Assembly: GCA_030704615.1 (NCBI GenBank)
Contig: CM060732.1
Span: 7,564,001-7,628,000 of the forward strand
Reading direction: 5' to 3'
Length of the DNA stretch: 64,000 nt
Origin: Takakia lepidozioides
Taxonomy: Eukaryota > Plantae > Bryophyta
In this document: one piece after another, positions 37,258 through 51,991 of the stretch
Position numbering within the stretch: position 1 is the first letter of the stretch
How the letters are laid out: each line of letters begins with the position of its first letter
Notes under the pieces: generated by a model
The model's database searches: none
What the model was told of the DNA's origin: nothing
What the model saw: only the letters and a program-made list of their open reading frames with translations
Position numbers and translations under genes: made by a program

Positions 37258-40200
37258 TCATCCCAGCCATTGCTCAGCAGAGCGGTCACCACCAGAACCA
37301 ACGGCGCGACGAATGCTCATAGTCTGGCGGGAGAACTGATTCTGCAGTCGCTCGAAAGCAGTCACATCCAGCTTACCTGATGTAGACTTCCCTTGCTTAC
37401 GACGAATTTGCTGCTCCCGAATAGAAGCCCATAGGTTCACAATAGCAGCACGCTGTGCAGCTGTGAACTTGGCAACGTTATCAAAGGCATGCTTCACCAA
37501 TATGTCGATAACCGTTTGTGCCCTGCATAAACAACCCAGGGAGCCCCAAAACCCTTCTTAAACATAAAATGTTTGCAATGACCACTCTGAGAGAAAATCG
37601 ACGATAATGAGACATGAATCTCAGAATTGACTATCTACTGAACTAAACAATACTACAATGCAGCGCTAAATTCATTTCCACACATACCTACTGCCTTCCA
37701 TGTCCAAGAAAATCTCATGAAGTGTTTTTGGAATTGATAAGGAAACATGTTCAGATAGACACAGCTATCTGAACGAGCATTACAAATAGAGCATAATAGC
37801 CTAGGGACGCTGTGGCCAGCTGGATCATTCTGTCCACATGCCTCACTTTAATGTGGTCATATTCATATGCCCACCAACCAGGAAATCCCATAAGAAAGCA
37901 GCTTGATTCAGTCATACTCACCACTGCATTTTATAATGTCCAGAAGCAAGTTTTAGGCACTCTAGCAATGCTTCCCGGCGCTCTCTCAACAGCTTCCCTG
38001 CATCTTCTTCAGCTTTTCTACTCGCAGCCTCCTCTTCCAGTTTCCTCCTGGCTCGCTCCTCCTTCTTAGAAATTTTCGGCAACAAAGCACTCAATCCAAA
38101 GGGATCACTTTCTTCAGCATCCTCTTGTACAATGCGTCCCACTGTTTCAACATCAGCACCCCCTCTCCCATCTGATATACCTTTGTCAGTTGAGCTCTGT
38201 TCTTCTGAAGCAGTTATTGATGTGTCACCTCTTGCCTCTGGGAGATCCCCCTCTGAAGGGGCCTCTGGCAAGGAATCAATGGCTTGCCTCAACCTGCTTG
38301 CAGCCTTAGAGAACTGCAAAAGAAACAGAATGGAACACAACCCAAACACAAGCACACCAGACCAAATCACTTTCAATCTTGCTAAACTGGAAGAGGAGAA
38401 GCTTATGAAAAACATCCCTTCAACACCCTCAAGTCTACAAGGGAGGAAAGTTCACTGAAGAGTTATACAGTAAAACCGATATGTAGTCTATGGAAGTAAC
38501 CAAATCTGAGGGGGCAGTAGCCGAAAGGCGAAGTGGCTCGGAGTCTCTCTCTATCTCACCAAACCTGACAAATACACCACAACTCAAAAGGTGCCCAGCT
38601 AACCTGGAGTGATCTTGGAGAGAAGCTTACACCAAGGAAAACTGTAAAACCAATCTTTCCACGAACAAGGCTAGTGGTAGTACACACCACAAAGGAATCA
38701 TCGGTGTGAAGGTCATTGCCCACCAGTGCCCACAGCTCCCACACCTCAATCTGTGCTCTCTGTGCTCCACTGAAACACTGTCAACCAAACATTACAAATT
38801 GTCATTAGCCTCAAACTATGATACATATCTTTGAGAAGATCAATTACCCTAGCTTCAATGAGCAAGCCCCTGGTCTGACAGAGCTCATCAGTTAACCCTA
38901 GATTCTGTGACTAAGCTGCAGGTAACCAAGAGTGCAACGAGGCCTTCAACCCTTGACACACTTGAAGCTCTCCATACAATCCACTTCCATGTAATTTGTA
39001 CTAGGGTAGCCTGTGCCGTTGGCCCAAGTGTCCAATGTCATCTAAGTCCAAGTGCAATCCCCTATGTATCAAAGTGCGTCTCCTATGTCGAGGCCCAAAT
39101 GCAACCTCTAGGGTAGCCTTTGCCGTTGGCCCAAGTGTCCAATGTCATCTAAGTAAGTTTTTTTCCACAGAATCTACAAAACCTAGTCCTGGGGCTGCGT
39201 GATAAACTGGTTGGAGACATTTGCCGAGGTGTTCCATGATGCAGAGCCTATGACCAGATTTGAACCGGAGACCTTTCCCTTGATATCTCTCATGTCGAGG
39301 CTCCAACCATTGTCCCAGGAATGCCCACTTTGCCATTTTTGTTATTTTTTGTGAATTTCCAGCGACCAAAAGTACTTGAAATTCTGTATCTCCCACACCA
39401 CAGGTCCAAAAATCGTGAGACCAAGCCCATGCACCCCTCCTCGTCGAGGGCTTTCCAACAGTACCAAGCACCAGCGCTGGGGCCCCGCGGTTCGAGACAT
39501 CTCAACGTGACCAAACAAAACAAAACAAAACAAACGTCTCGCTTCATATATTGATTTTTTAATTTGAACAATCTAGCTAGCAATCCGACCCCCTCCAACA
39601 GACATCAAACTCTTCCAAGGAACATGTACTTCACCCAGTTGATTCAATTTGTACATATCTTTTCCAAGCAGTTGAATAACAAAAACGAACACTATCAGAG
39701 TAGAATGATGAGATAATCGTACTGATAGGCTTCCAAGCGCAACCTTGTTCCTCACCTTCAGAGGACCTGAGCAGACCACTTGACAACCACCAGCAACACT
39801 GGCTAAGCAGCAACATACATCTATGGTATAAGGACCTCCAGTAACAATACGGCTGTGTAGACTGGACAGTACACCTTGCCAAAAACCGAACTACATCAGC
39901 TGTGCAAGGCTGATTAATGTTCAGAACTACCCATGCAAATGACGAGACACTACACTAGCACATGTGTCTGCTTGGCAGCCAACTGGACACAATGCACTCA
40001 TTATAGCAACTGGGCTGACTCCGCCAAGTACTGGCAAGGCACTATTAGCTTGTCTGAGCAGTAATCTCTGCTAGGCTACCAGGCACCATGTATACCATAC
40101 ATGACTGACCCATGACAATGGATGCTGATTGGCACATACATAACTATCACGTGGCAGGAAAAGGTTGATGTTGATTAAAACTCAGTTGCAATCATGCCTC

Positions 40201-41404
40201 AATCAGTTCAACACAATCTCAGCGGATAAATGTGCGGTAAGCCCCACTGCAAGCCATTCCTCCTGCCCCATTCTCTACATCGCTTTCACACAGAGACCAA
40301 CATGCCATCCACCCCTTGGGGTAAAAGCTGCACCTGCCAGCTGGCATCACTGTTTGAGAAACACACCTGGCAGGTGCAGCAGTGCTGGTGAACATATGCT
40401 TGTGTACAGCCCTTGTAATGTTTAGTAAAAGACTCTTGAGACTCTCGTCTAAGTTTTCTTTCAACTAATTAGGACAGCAAACATTTACACTGAGACCACT
40501 TCCACGTGCTGAACTGCATAGTGGAAACTACAGGGTTTCCAATACCAACCAGACAGTCATGACCAATGCCTCAGACATATACCTCAAGCCTCTCATGTAC
40601 AGCACTGAACAGAGCCTGATAGTCTCCTCTCAGGGCTGAATCTGTGGCATGGGAAGGGGGGGAGGCCATAGCTGCTTTCAGTATTCTGAAAAAGGCGTCA
40701 GCATTATCAGGGGTCACACTGCCAGCCTCTAGTAGCTGAAGTGCCAGCTTGGAGGCTTTACAAAATTTGGCCGCATTACCAATGTGCGTCGCGATTTTCA
40801 CCATGGCATCCACCACCTCTGCCTCTGTTGTGGTCTTGAACCGCACTCGCTTTCCTGCCGCCAAAATTATTTCCGCTTAATGTGCACATACTACGAATTC
40901 TCAAGGAATCAGACTTAATGCCGCTGCAACACGGGTGCCGTTCAATACAATTTAGAGTTCTATAAGAAGATCCTCTCAGTAACTTCGATATTTGAATCAA
41001 CACGCAAAACGACTGTGGAGACATCCGACTTCAAAATTGCATAATGCCGAATACTCTAACTTCAGAGAACCAACACGTCCAAATAAGCCCTGCAATTTGA
41101 CAGAATTTAATGAGTTTCTACCAGAGATTGGCAACAGCACATTCACCTCGAGATAAATTGAGGCTTCCAGCTACTTCCAAAAACTTTCGCTCCATTTTCA
41201 TAAATAATCCCAAAAGGTAACATAACACCATGAAACCCTACCTTGGTTGCCAGAGTCGCCAGCTGATCTCTTGGCAACAGACGCAGAGGCGAGAATCGAA
41301 GATCTTGCCGGTGCCGAATCTGCAGGTGTTGGTCGGGATGGTGTCGATACAGATTGCGATGAAGCTGGGGGTGGCAGCCCCCCGAACAAGGAATCCTTGG
41401 CCAT
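37258..41404 (-). CDS. Intact conserved plant protein of unknown function (resembles Arabidopsis At3g04560, from memory), 393 aa. Exons 41404-41242, 40854-40583, 38777-38688, 38313-37922, 37522-37258
   Basis: All introns are GT-AG and phase-compatible, giving a 1182-nt CDS. Motifs LFGGLPPP, KRVRFKTT, KIATHI...KF.KASKLALQL, NDLHTDDSF, ESDPFGL, AQTVIDI, RRKQGKS.SGKLD, EQWLG*. Confidence 0.88.
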
Positions 41405-41869
41405 GCCTGCCTCCTGCCTCCTCCCTCCTCCTCCTTCCGTGTGCGTAGGGCGGAGCAGCAGAGATGTGTGGGAGAGAAACCCAACAAAAGTCTGTCAAAA
41501 GATGCAAATACTTCCATACATATGCCACTCCATATAGAATAATAACAATAACCCACGGCCAGGCTCGGCCCACCACGGCTCTGCTTGCCAGGACGCCTTT
41601 CCTAACAGCTGCCAACTTCCATGTCCCAGCCGTCGGCCAAGATTGCAAAAATGACATACTTCCATACAGTCGAACCTGGATAAATGTTACCTGTTTTTTT
41701 GTTATATCATCATAAATGTTAAGATTTTCTTACTCTGTAAAATTATACGAAAAACTGTAGACGGAAGCTCAAAGTTCTGGGATGGATGAGCTCCGCAATT
41801 CACGCTATCTGTGTGACTTTGGGACTTGGGCGTTTTTTCGCCTCTAGCGACAGTCGCTCAGTCTGAAGC

Positions 41870-44800
41870 CCCTGTCGCGTCCATATGTGTCTCCTCTGCT
41901 CTCCCGCCCAAGCCCTCTCCCCTCCTCACGATTGGCTATTGAGCTCCCCAATCACCCCTTCTTCATCTTCCTTCCTTTTCTCTACGGTTCTGGACGCTGC
42001 TTGCGCACATTTCCATGAAGGCCTTTGTGGCGCGCCTCCTTTCGCATTGATTCCTCATTGCTCTCGAACGGCGTGCACCTTGAGCTTGTCTCTCTTCCTC
42101 CAAGCTCAATGTAACCTCACTCGGTGCCTTCCCTTCGAGCGTTGGGTTGTGTCAGCTCATGTCGTCCTCGACATTAACTCATACACTTTCCCCCCGAAGG
42201 TTCCTTCCACCGCAAGAGTAAGCCTCCTCACTCTCTCTTTTCCACTCTCTCGCCCTCTAGCTCCCGCAGCTCTTTGCGTTCGCAGCTCCATTCCTGACTT
42301 CCTATTTTCGCTTTCTTGCTATCTTCTCTTTATGGCCTCCTGCGGGGAATCTTCCCGTCGTAAAGGGTCGGGTACCTCCTCCAGGTCCAGAGGATGGCCT
42401 ACCCGCCGAACTGTGGCAGTGGATGCCCCCTCTATCCTGGGAGCGGGGCCCCAGGCTATTGCCCCACTCTCCTCTAATAACGAAATTGTCCTCTGGAAAG
42501 AGTCCGTACCTCCCGTCTCTGAGTCTCAAGAAATTCTCTCCTTAGACATGGCCATTGTCAAGTCCCAGTCGGTTGCTGATCACGGGATTCTCCTCCATTT
42601 CCCTAGGAGGGTTAAAGATTGAGATTGGGCTAGAAGTTGGATTATTGAGCATTTTAGGGCTGATGGAGGCCTCAAGTACCACTTCTGCCATGCCATGGGG
42701 AGGGGGTTTTTCTCGGTCTCTTTTATCTCTCAAGATGATGCGACCAAGGCCCTGCAACTATCTGCGGTCGCTCCCGGAGATCAGAGCCCATTTCGGTTCT
42801 TATATTGGCTGTATCAACATTTTCGAGTCTGACGGCAACCAAGTTATAAGTGTCGATTCTGTCCCTGATCGTTTTGACCACAACATGGATAGCGGTGTCC
42901 CTAAGATTGTGGTGTTGATGCATGAGGATGCTTCGATTGGGGAATCAATGAAACTGCCAACTTTGGATGGATCTTATATTGTTGTTGCAGTCCAGTATCA
43001 GGAGATTCTAACCGTGATTTATTTTCTGTGCAATGGGGAGGGTCATGTGAAATCAGATTCCCCCAAGGCCAAAATTGCGACTGCAAAGCGCTCGAGGGAA
43101 GACTCCAAAATCAATGTTTCTGACTCCTCCAGGCCTCCTGCCGGTCCTCCCCTGGTGCCCTCTCCTCTTGCGGATTCCATTTCTTCGAACTTTGGCGAGT
43201 GTTGCAGCCGTGCATCGGTGGTAATCACCCCCATGATCTATTCCATCCAAGACGACACTCCCAAGCTCCTATTCACTGCTGGTCCCGCTGGCTTCCTAAG
43301 CTCATGGGTGCGGGAACAAGAAGTAAGGCTTTCGGGGAAGGAAAAGAAATCGACCTCACCCTTCGCAAGATCAGGGACCTCTTTTCTTCCAAGCTTCCTC
43401 AGTTTTTGCTCTCAAAACAGTCAGTGGTGCACGTTGGGAACATGGTTGTCAACTCGCTTTCCTCCCCTGTGGCTACTATTCACATCCTTCCAGTCATGCG
43501 GGGTGTGGACATCAAAAAGATGAAATCAAGCTCTATTGAAGACATCTGGGTAGATGCCTCCCTTCTGGAATCAGACACCTTGCCAATTGTCTCTTTTCTG
43601 TTGCTCAAAGTAGGTCTTCAAATTGTTCAGGCTATCTTAAAAGCCAAGGCTCCCCAGTCCTTCCCTCCACTTTTGGAGGATGCACTCTGTCTTCCTGCGC
43701 TCTCAAGTGACTCTAGAGCCATGGCTGTTCCGTCGCTTTCATTTGCCCCAGCTGAGTTCATAGTCAACACCCCCCCCCCCCCCAAGGTATGCCCCACATA
43801 CTCAGTGACCCCCCTCTTCATCTACTCATCTCATACCTCCACTCCTAGGCAATGCCATGTTCTGGTTTCAACCTCTGTGGTTCAACAACAGAAATGCCTC
43901 TCTTCCTTCTTGCTTCTTCCTATGACTTCCATTCTCCCCTCAGCCCTGTTTGCTGCTGTGTCTACTTTCCTAGGATCCCAGGTTGATTCGTCAATGATTT
44001 CCTTCATGCCTAGGAAACGTTCTTAGTTTCAGTGTCTTGACAATCCGCAGCAGCAGCGTGGGTCCATTTCTGTCCTTTTCATTCTTCGGCATCCCGCCTT
44101 CAGGTTTCCATTGGTCCTCCTCCCTGCTTCCAACTGACAAGAGACCTAACTTTAAATTTTCCCGCTCAGGTCCTTCAATTCTGGGTGCTCCCCAGGCCCT
44201 CCCTCTTCAGCCCCCATGAATTTTGAAATTTCAAGCTGGAATATTCGGGGGATCGGGTCCTATGCCTCTGCCCCCAAACGCTCTAGGATTAAATCTTGGG
44301 CTTCTCACTCCTCTCATCATCCTTCTATTCTCTTTCTTCAAGAGCACAAACTGATGATCTAAAAATTGCTGCCATGGGTCATTCCTTCTGGATGCCTCTG
44401 GATGCCTCTTGGTGGAACCGCTCCATCTCCGGTTCCAGAGGCGGTACAGCAATTATGTGCTCCCCATCTCTTGTCGACTCTTTTTCCTTGGTTGAAACCT
44501 GGTGCCAAGGCCGTGTCCAATTTGCTAAATTGGTTCCCATTCCGCATTATGGCTCCATAGGTCTCCTGAACATATACGCTCCTAACCTCTCCTCGGACAG
44601 AATTCTCCTCTGGGATCTCATTAAATCAAAGCTGATCTGTGCTCAAGATGTTGATCATTGGATTTTAGGTGGCGATTTCAACATGGTTGGCAATCCTCTG
44701 GATAGATCTGAAGTAATCGATCACAGCCTTTTTGTGCTGGAAAGAGACTCCTGGGATGCTTTGTGCCTTTCTGTTGGTTTGATTCATGTGTCCCCTTCCT

Positions 44801-45219
44801 CTAGCCAAGATTTGAAATTCACTTGGTCAAACAATAGGGCCCCTCCCAATCTCAGGATGGCCAGACTTGATAGATTTTACTGTTCTCCTGCTATCTCTGT
44901 TTGGTCTAAGTCCTTGCCTACTGGCCCCATATTGCCGGACTTTGATCATGCTGCCATCTCCCTTTCTTTTGTCACCCCTAGAGCAAAAATTAAAGGCAGG
45001 GGTTTTTTTAGGCTCAACCAGCTTTGCTTAAAAATCCTGTCTATGTTTCTGCTTTGGGGTAATGCTGGAAAAACTTGGCAAACAGTTTTTCTTCCCCCAC
45101 CATCAGGTTTCTCCATAAGTTGCAGGCCACTCACAAACTAGGTCAATCTCTGGCAAAAGAAGCTGCTGATGCGGCAAACCTGAGGGAAAATAATTTGGTC
45201 AAGTGTCGCTCCGTATGCC
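41870..45219 (+). mobile_element. 5' half of an L1-type LINE (ORF1 with degenerate zinc knuckle; ORF2 APE endonuclease from ATG 44216), cut by CACTA copy 2
   Basis: (Y)FLCNGEGHVKSD(S)P; SWNIRG, LQEHK, LNIYAPN, WILGGDFN, ARLDRFY, DFDHAAI. Confidence 0.88.
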
Positions 45220-47198
45220 CACTACAGGAAAAAAAAAAAAAGGGGGGGTGGGGGGGGGGCGGTGGGGGTTTCCGACGCCGCGGCGTCGCTAAAAGAGCAT
45301 TTTGAAGCTGAGGTGGGGGGCTATTTTTGCGACGCCCTGGAGTCGCACGCTAGTCGCTGGAATATAGTCGCATAAATGCGACGGATGGGGGTCGCACGAC
45401 CCCCTCCTCCTCCAGCGACGCCCGGACGTAGCTATTTGGCGATCCAGGGTGCTGGCAGGGTCTCCTTCTAGCGCCGGCCGACCGTCGCTGCCATCCAGCC
45501 GACAGCGTTGGATGGGGCGACGCCCCGGCGTCGCGTCGTTTTTTTTTTTTCACATGCCCGGGTGTCGCATGCTAAAAACAACGCGACCCCCGGACGTCGG
45601 ATAAGTGAAAAACCCCGCAGGGAGGCGGTCTGTGCGACGCCCGGCCGTGGGTTGGAGCGACTCCCAGGAGTCGCATATTTATAAAAATGTTTTTCTAAAA
45701 CGTGGGGCAGGGCGGGAGTGGGAACAGCTACGCTGCGTCGTCGCTCCTAGCGATCCCGGAGGTCGCCAAGGAAAAAAACCAGGCAGAGGGGGGGGGGGGG
45801 GGGGGTCGGCCGTTGCTACGCAATGGGTTGTGGCGACAGCGGGGCGTTGCCTCTTGCGACCCCCTCCCGTGGCAAGCCGGAAATTCCCGTCGCATGGGCG
45901 CTGTTGAAAGCGACGCCCTGCCGTGGCATGCCGCTTGGTGGGGGGGGTTTTGGGGGTGTTTGGGGGTTGATTTTGGGGGCTGAATTGGGGATGATTATTG
46001 GTTTTTCCCTAGTTTGTTTTTGGTGTGTTGGAAGTCCTTATAGCTTCCATTGCTCTGATATAACGGGTACATAGCATAGGTCATTGCATAGGTTTGACCG
46101 AGCATAAATGAAGGGTGAGGCCGGTGCAACACATGAATAAGAGGGAAGATGGAAAGATGGAAATATATGTATATATGGAAATATATTTAGAAGTAATGAG
46201 CTGAAATGCTCAAGGGCTCAGTAGGCTGACCTTGGGACAACATGGACTACGACTAGTCATCCTCATCCTCATCCTCAGAGGAGGACTCGGAGGTATCAAA
46301 TGAGCCTGATGACTCCGCACCCTTTGCCTGAGCATGTACAGCAAGTGGCGTTTCCCTAACTCCCACGGAGTTCTCATTCAATCCCTGGCCATGACCCCCC
46401 CCCCCCCCCCCCCTCATCCATACTAATGCCCTGTAGCGCACTCATCCCCTCCATGTTGGCCATGTTCTTCATGAGGGCTTGCCAACCATGCTGCTAAGGA
46501 TTTGTCAACCTGTGAAACTCCAAAAGGTGGTTTGGGTTGGATCCCATTTGCCATTGCCTTCCGAATTCTCTGTCTGTCACGGTACCTCTTGTCCTTCAAG
46601 TTCCGCCATCCCACCATCTCCATCCCCTTGTCTCACTCCAATGCCCAAAACCAGGCGCGCAACGACGCAATGGCGTGAGCGTTGCACGTGAGCGCGCGAG
46701 CGTACGCTCACGCCAGCTGACGTGGCGTGAGCCTGCACACACGCTGACGTGGCGTGAGCGTCATGTCAGCATGCTGATGCGGTAAATGATGACGTGGCAC
46801 TGTCCGTCAACTGCCACGTCAGCATTAACATGCGCCGCCTATAACCGTGGATGGTCCTATGACCGTGGAATTAATGCAGGGAATCTTGCCTAAATAGAAT
46901 CAAGACGAGCGTTGAGGCCTACAATTGCAGCAGCATCCAACATTGTGCAATTACAAATGCTTGTTTCACTTTTACAATTACGAAGACGACAAAATATCCT
47001 CACAAAGTGTGCGCCATAAAGGCTGCCACGAGAAGACTTCCTCCCTCCTCAAATAACAATGAGAGTTATGATCATCTTCAAAAGATGATTGTAGTGCATA
47101 GCGACAGCAAGACATGTAGACTTCGAACGGTGCAATGACAAATGTGCACTACCTAAAAGTTGTCACTCAGAGCTCACTCCGTATAGTTGGAGGCCATA

Positions 47199-50100
47199 TC
47201 ATTGCACAGCCGACGAATTGATGTGAATTACACATTTCAAATCATGGTCATCCACATACCACATTACATAGTTCATGCTACCCATGTGTGTATCCCGCTG
47301 CAAAAGAGTATCGACCTCGTTGAAACTCATAGTGGCCTGGTGAATGAAGTTGTCACGTTTGGGATCGCAAACCATCCTCCTCAAAAATATGAAATACAAA
47401 TGTTTGCAGGGTATGAATTTACCTCTCTTGCCCAAACTGGTTGATAGCATATTCACAAAATCAGGACATGTGCAATTGGGGAAATTGGAAACCGTGATGT
47501 GTCGTAGGTCCTGTCATGAACAGCAGATGTGGAAGTGATGATTGTGAATACCCGACCATATCCTGGATCGGGTACTTCCGTGGTGCTTCCGACACGAGCT
47601 TGGAGCATTCTTGCGGACTCCACTTTGCCAAAGTGTTCAGCGGTTGGAGGGAAACGCCGAACGAGCTTTCCATCTCGTTTGGTTGGCCACAAGTCAGGAT
47701 TTGCCGGGGGGCCGGGGGACCCAGAGTAGTAGCACATGCATGGAGTGGGGTTGTCTCGCAAGGGAAAAACCTGCCTCCTCCAGCATTTCAATCTCCTGAA
47801 AGCTGAGATGTGTTCCCACCTTCACGGGCCAAACGGTTGGAGGAGATGGCTTCATCACTACGGAAGGACGCACAGTTCCATGCACACATCTGGCACAATC
47901 ATCTGCGCAGAACCAGAACTTGTGGTTCTTGGCTTCTGGTTGACCGTATGGACGCATCAAGCCCGTGAAAGTCGGAGCAGGAGTTCGGGCACCACCTCTG
48001 GATATAGATGAAGTGCACTTCTCGAAATTAGTTGCCCTGATCGCTGTACATTTCACACGAGACCCGACACTTGTGCGTTCTATGTGCCAAACGTGGTCGG
48101 GGCATGCGGACTCAAGCACATCAAGGGGGTTGTTTCTCTCCTGCACCATTTCAGTGGCACGGTTTGATGCTGGAGCTTGCCGTCGTGTTGGAGGTTCCTC
48201 CACAATGGAGGTTCCGGACATGGAGCTGTCATGCAGGGGAACACGAGGCTTCGAGAAGTTATCACGGTCTGCCCTGTGGGAATCTGAATCCGAACCAGGT
48301 GGAGTGTTCAATTTCCTCTTACAGGAGCCGAATCTCTCCTCCCCTTCAAGATGTGGAACTCTAGAAACAAGTGGCGTTCCCTGGGCATACATGCTCACCG
48401 CCCGTGCTATCTTGATTGGATCCCCAGATCTGTTTGCAGCACGCAACATCAACTCCATTTGTCCGGACCCTTGCCACCAACCCCACCTCGTAAGAAATCA
48501 CGGTATCGGGTTTGTTGTTGCAAGGCACGTATCAAATCATCTGTTGTTGCCACATACAAATCCCGACCTCGTTTCCCAGACTGCTGCAACCATGCATTGT
48601 GCACAGTTTCTGCCAAATTGCAAGATGGCATGTCCGCCATTTCCTCAATGGACGTGTTCTGCAAAGAGATAACCACACTTCCATATAGTGCACAGGAAAC
48701 AACATAAAGAAAGCAATGATTCAAAAATATGAAAGCAAATGTATGAATAAGCATGAAAATAGAAGCCTCGTACCATTCATGGCTGCTCCCCACTGTCTAT
48801 ACCGGAAGTGCCAAAACGCCAGTCAATCTTCCAATGCTCTCATACTTTCAAGTGATCAGCTCCAGAAGAGAACCACCTACACAAATTTCTTAACAAAGTG
48901 TCCGCCTCCTTCATTGTTCTACATCTTTGTACTCTTTGCACAATTTACGGTGCTGAGTCTGCATCTCTGTTTGATGTCCGACTTTGTATGTTTTTCCAGA
49001 GATTGTGTCAATGGAATAGACATGTACGCCTCTTCCTGGCATAGGCACTTTTGGTCGCCCGATCGAAGACAATCCGACAGCATTGAATTTGCTTAGCACT
49101 ATATCCGCCATGAAACCTGCGAAATTTGGGAGGCAGCCCATGACACGTATCAGGGAATTCCACATGAGCTTCTGGGATTCCGTATCCTCGGATTGCATGT
49201 CACAAAACTGCAATTGTCATAAACCGTTGGTACACTGGATCGTAGACATGACAAGCCATTGTCGTCCAATCCTTCACTCGTTTTCACATGATCAAACATA
49301 AAAAAACAGTTTTGCAAGTCCCCAGTCTTCTGCATGCATCGCTTCACGAGCTAACCCCACTGCCCTCCCCAACAGTCGAATTTTGAAAATAAAAACTTTG
49401 ATGGCACCTTGACCTGGGAATACATTGTCCTGGATGTAATCGTACTTGCTCACTTCGTTTCAAATCCAAATATTGTCTATGTAGCCTCTGATCCCCAGCC
49501 CATTCTCAATGCATTGATCTGATGCCGAATGTTAGGTGAACTTAAAGTGGAGAAATGATCCATGACCAGGTCCAATGCTGCACCGTCAAGTTAGTCCCCA
49601 CAGAATCTCCTTCACTCAAAAATGGCTTTCCAAGAAGGACTTGCTTGCGCCAAGAGCAATTGCAGATGTTGTTGCGGATGGGTTTCTCCCGAAAACTCCT
49701 GTTTGATCAACCTCGATACTGTCTCAACACTCTCCCTGTAATCCCCCTTCGAGACAGATGGTTATGGAATCCAAAATGCACACAAGCTCTCGTCATTGTA
49801 ATTCAAACGGTGGACAACATAGTACATTCTCTTGCTCCGCAGAGCGCCAAACAGGATGGCACAAGTTTGCAGAATTTGCAGACGAAAGTGTTTGCCGTGG
49901 AGGGGCAGTCCCAGGCTGAAATGGATTTTCTCCGCCAGACCCTCCCATTCGCTTTGATTATGAACCCCAGACTGAAGAAAGTGTCTGCAATTCAAATTAT
50001 CACCCTAAGGTGTCCATTGCAAACTGTCCCCTGAAAACAAGCTTGTCATCATCTGAATATTGGATGTTTTTGTTCTGCACCACGGTGCCCTCGTGTTTCT

Positions 50101-50753
50101 CGTCCATTCCATGCATCATGATTGTTACACCTCCAACTCGCGGAGGAGGAGGCAGCTCGAATAGGATATCGCCATCAAAGTCTCCGGCAGAACTTCACAG
50201 CACCTGCTTCAAAGATTCCCAATCAATTCCCGCAACCTCACTTTTGAATCCAGCCATTCCTCCCATCGCCCGCATTTTGGAATGACACTACAAATCTCTT
50301 CTTCATCAGCTTCTGCAACCACAGTAGGAAGGACTGGATTTGGAATTTCACTTTGTCATCATCGGAAGATCCGAAAGCTCAACGATTGGAAGTGGAGGAA
50401 GTCTGTTTTTTTTCACCACCACCTCCCTCTTGTCTTCAACGACCGAAGCAGCAGTCCCGGGCGTCACATATGACCCAAGGGACTTTCGCCGAGGCTCTCC
50501 AAGTACTCTGTATCGACCAGGACGCACTCTCCACTGGCTGATATGAGCCGTCTCATCACGGTTTTGGAAAAATATTTCACCAACTTCCCTTTCAGATCGT
50601 AAACCTCTTTCTCCAAAAAGATGGAGCCATTCTGCAGCTGAAAACGGGTAGCCAAGACATGTTCCAGAACAATTGCAAATCCATTGTCAAGGACTTCCTG
50701 GAGAACGGCACTGGTTTGTCGTCTGAGAAGAACTCCGCTTCAGAGGAAGCCAT
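47199..50753 (-). pseudogene. MULE-type DDE transposase with WRKY/GCM1-like N-terminal finger and C-terminal SWIM finger, frameshifted
   Basis: C..C...C...GFHNH; candidate triad MFDHVK (D 49291-49293), FMAD (D 49103-49105) followed by CLFH, and CNLAETVH (E 48608-48610); SWIM NCTCPDF...IPCKHLY at ~47390-47480. Confidence 0.75.
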
Positions 50754-51991
50754 CTTCCTTCCTCGAGTATGTTTGTACCTTGCTATCGCAGATCTAGTGT
50801 AAATCGGTTTACTGCTGTCTCCAGAACACAGTTGAAGAATGAGCAGAGAATATGGCGGAAGGAAGCTCAGATAACGACTGTGCATATTATGTTATTCTTT
50901 CCAGATATGCAGCCGTCCATTTTAATTACTTTTCTTGTGGGCCCAGTGGTCAGAGTATCCCTAGGGGCAGTGTCGGCAACTGTTAAACCGTTAATCAGAA
51001 CCTCATCAATAAACCCAATAACAAAGCCGACTTCCTGGAAGCATGCCACAGGATCTGAGAATGGGATTGCAGATTAAGTAAATGTATCTATATACTACTA
51101 CCAATGATCATGCGCACCTGGAAAGTTCCAAATGTGAAACGAATGTGGGGTTTGGCTAAACAAGGATGACCGTGTATGATATTCCAAAATTTGTCATCAA
51201 ACTCTCGTTCATTTATATTTATTTGTTTAAGACTGCGCATCAATTTCTGGCATTCGCTGTTCTTTTTTAAATATTGAACCCCGTTCTAATAAAGAACACG
51301 CCGTTTTTTTTGGGCGGCACACGTCAGACATCCATAACTGAATACGAACAGCTGTACACACCAATTGCTGGCATGTGCACTAATAAGGGAACGACTATGT
51401 GTAACGGTCACGCGGGAGGGAATCCGATGCTTCTAGAGACACGCAAGAACGCAGGCAATCCCGCAAGAATCGGGAGTCACTGCGTTTTTCTACTTTTCGC
51501 GCTTAGAGGGAGAGTGGTAGTCAAGCTGGAGAGGGTTCCTTCTAGAATACGAAAGAGAAGAAAGTCTCTTTATTTTACTTCCCTTAGAGAGAGACGCAGA
51601 GCAAGAGAGAAAATGACGAGGCGTCGTTTGTTTGGAGAACACAGGGCCAAGGCAGCAGGTGAACGCGGAGACTGATTCACAAGAGCAGATGGAGACTGAG
51701 GCAGCGGCTGCGACACAGTCGGCGATAAGAGTGCGCCAGCCTGTGGAGGCAGAGATGATTCGCAGGGACACTGAAGAAGGTGGAAGCACGCGGAACGCCG
51801 AACCTGGAGAAGGTCAAGAAACCCTTGCGCAGACAGAAACTCCAGCAGATGTGAGAGGGAAGAGGAAAGCTGCAGAAGGGGATCAAATTTCAAAACCTAA
51901 GAAGGTGCCAGTAAGTTTTATCATATAGTCTGTCTGATTGCCTTTCAAGGAGTCCTTCCTCTTCCCTTCTTTAGCAGGAACTACTGAATTG

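Noticed and set aside
39170-39581. Helitron in intron 2 of the intact gene (TC...CTAG)
   Set aside because: No convincing 3' hairpin or A|T target site; only a local duplication at 39000-39150 is clear.
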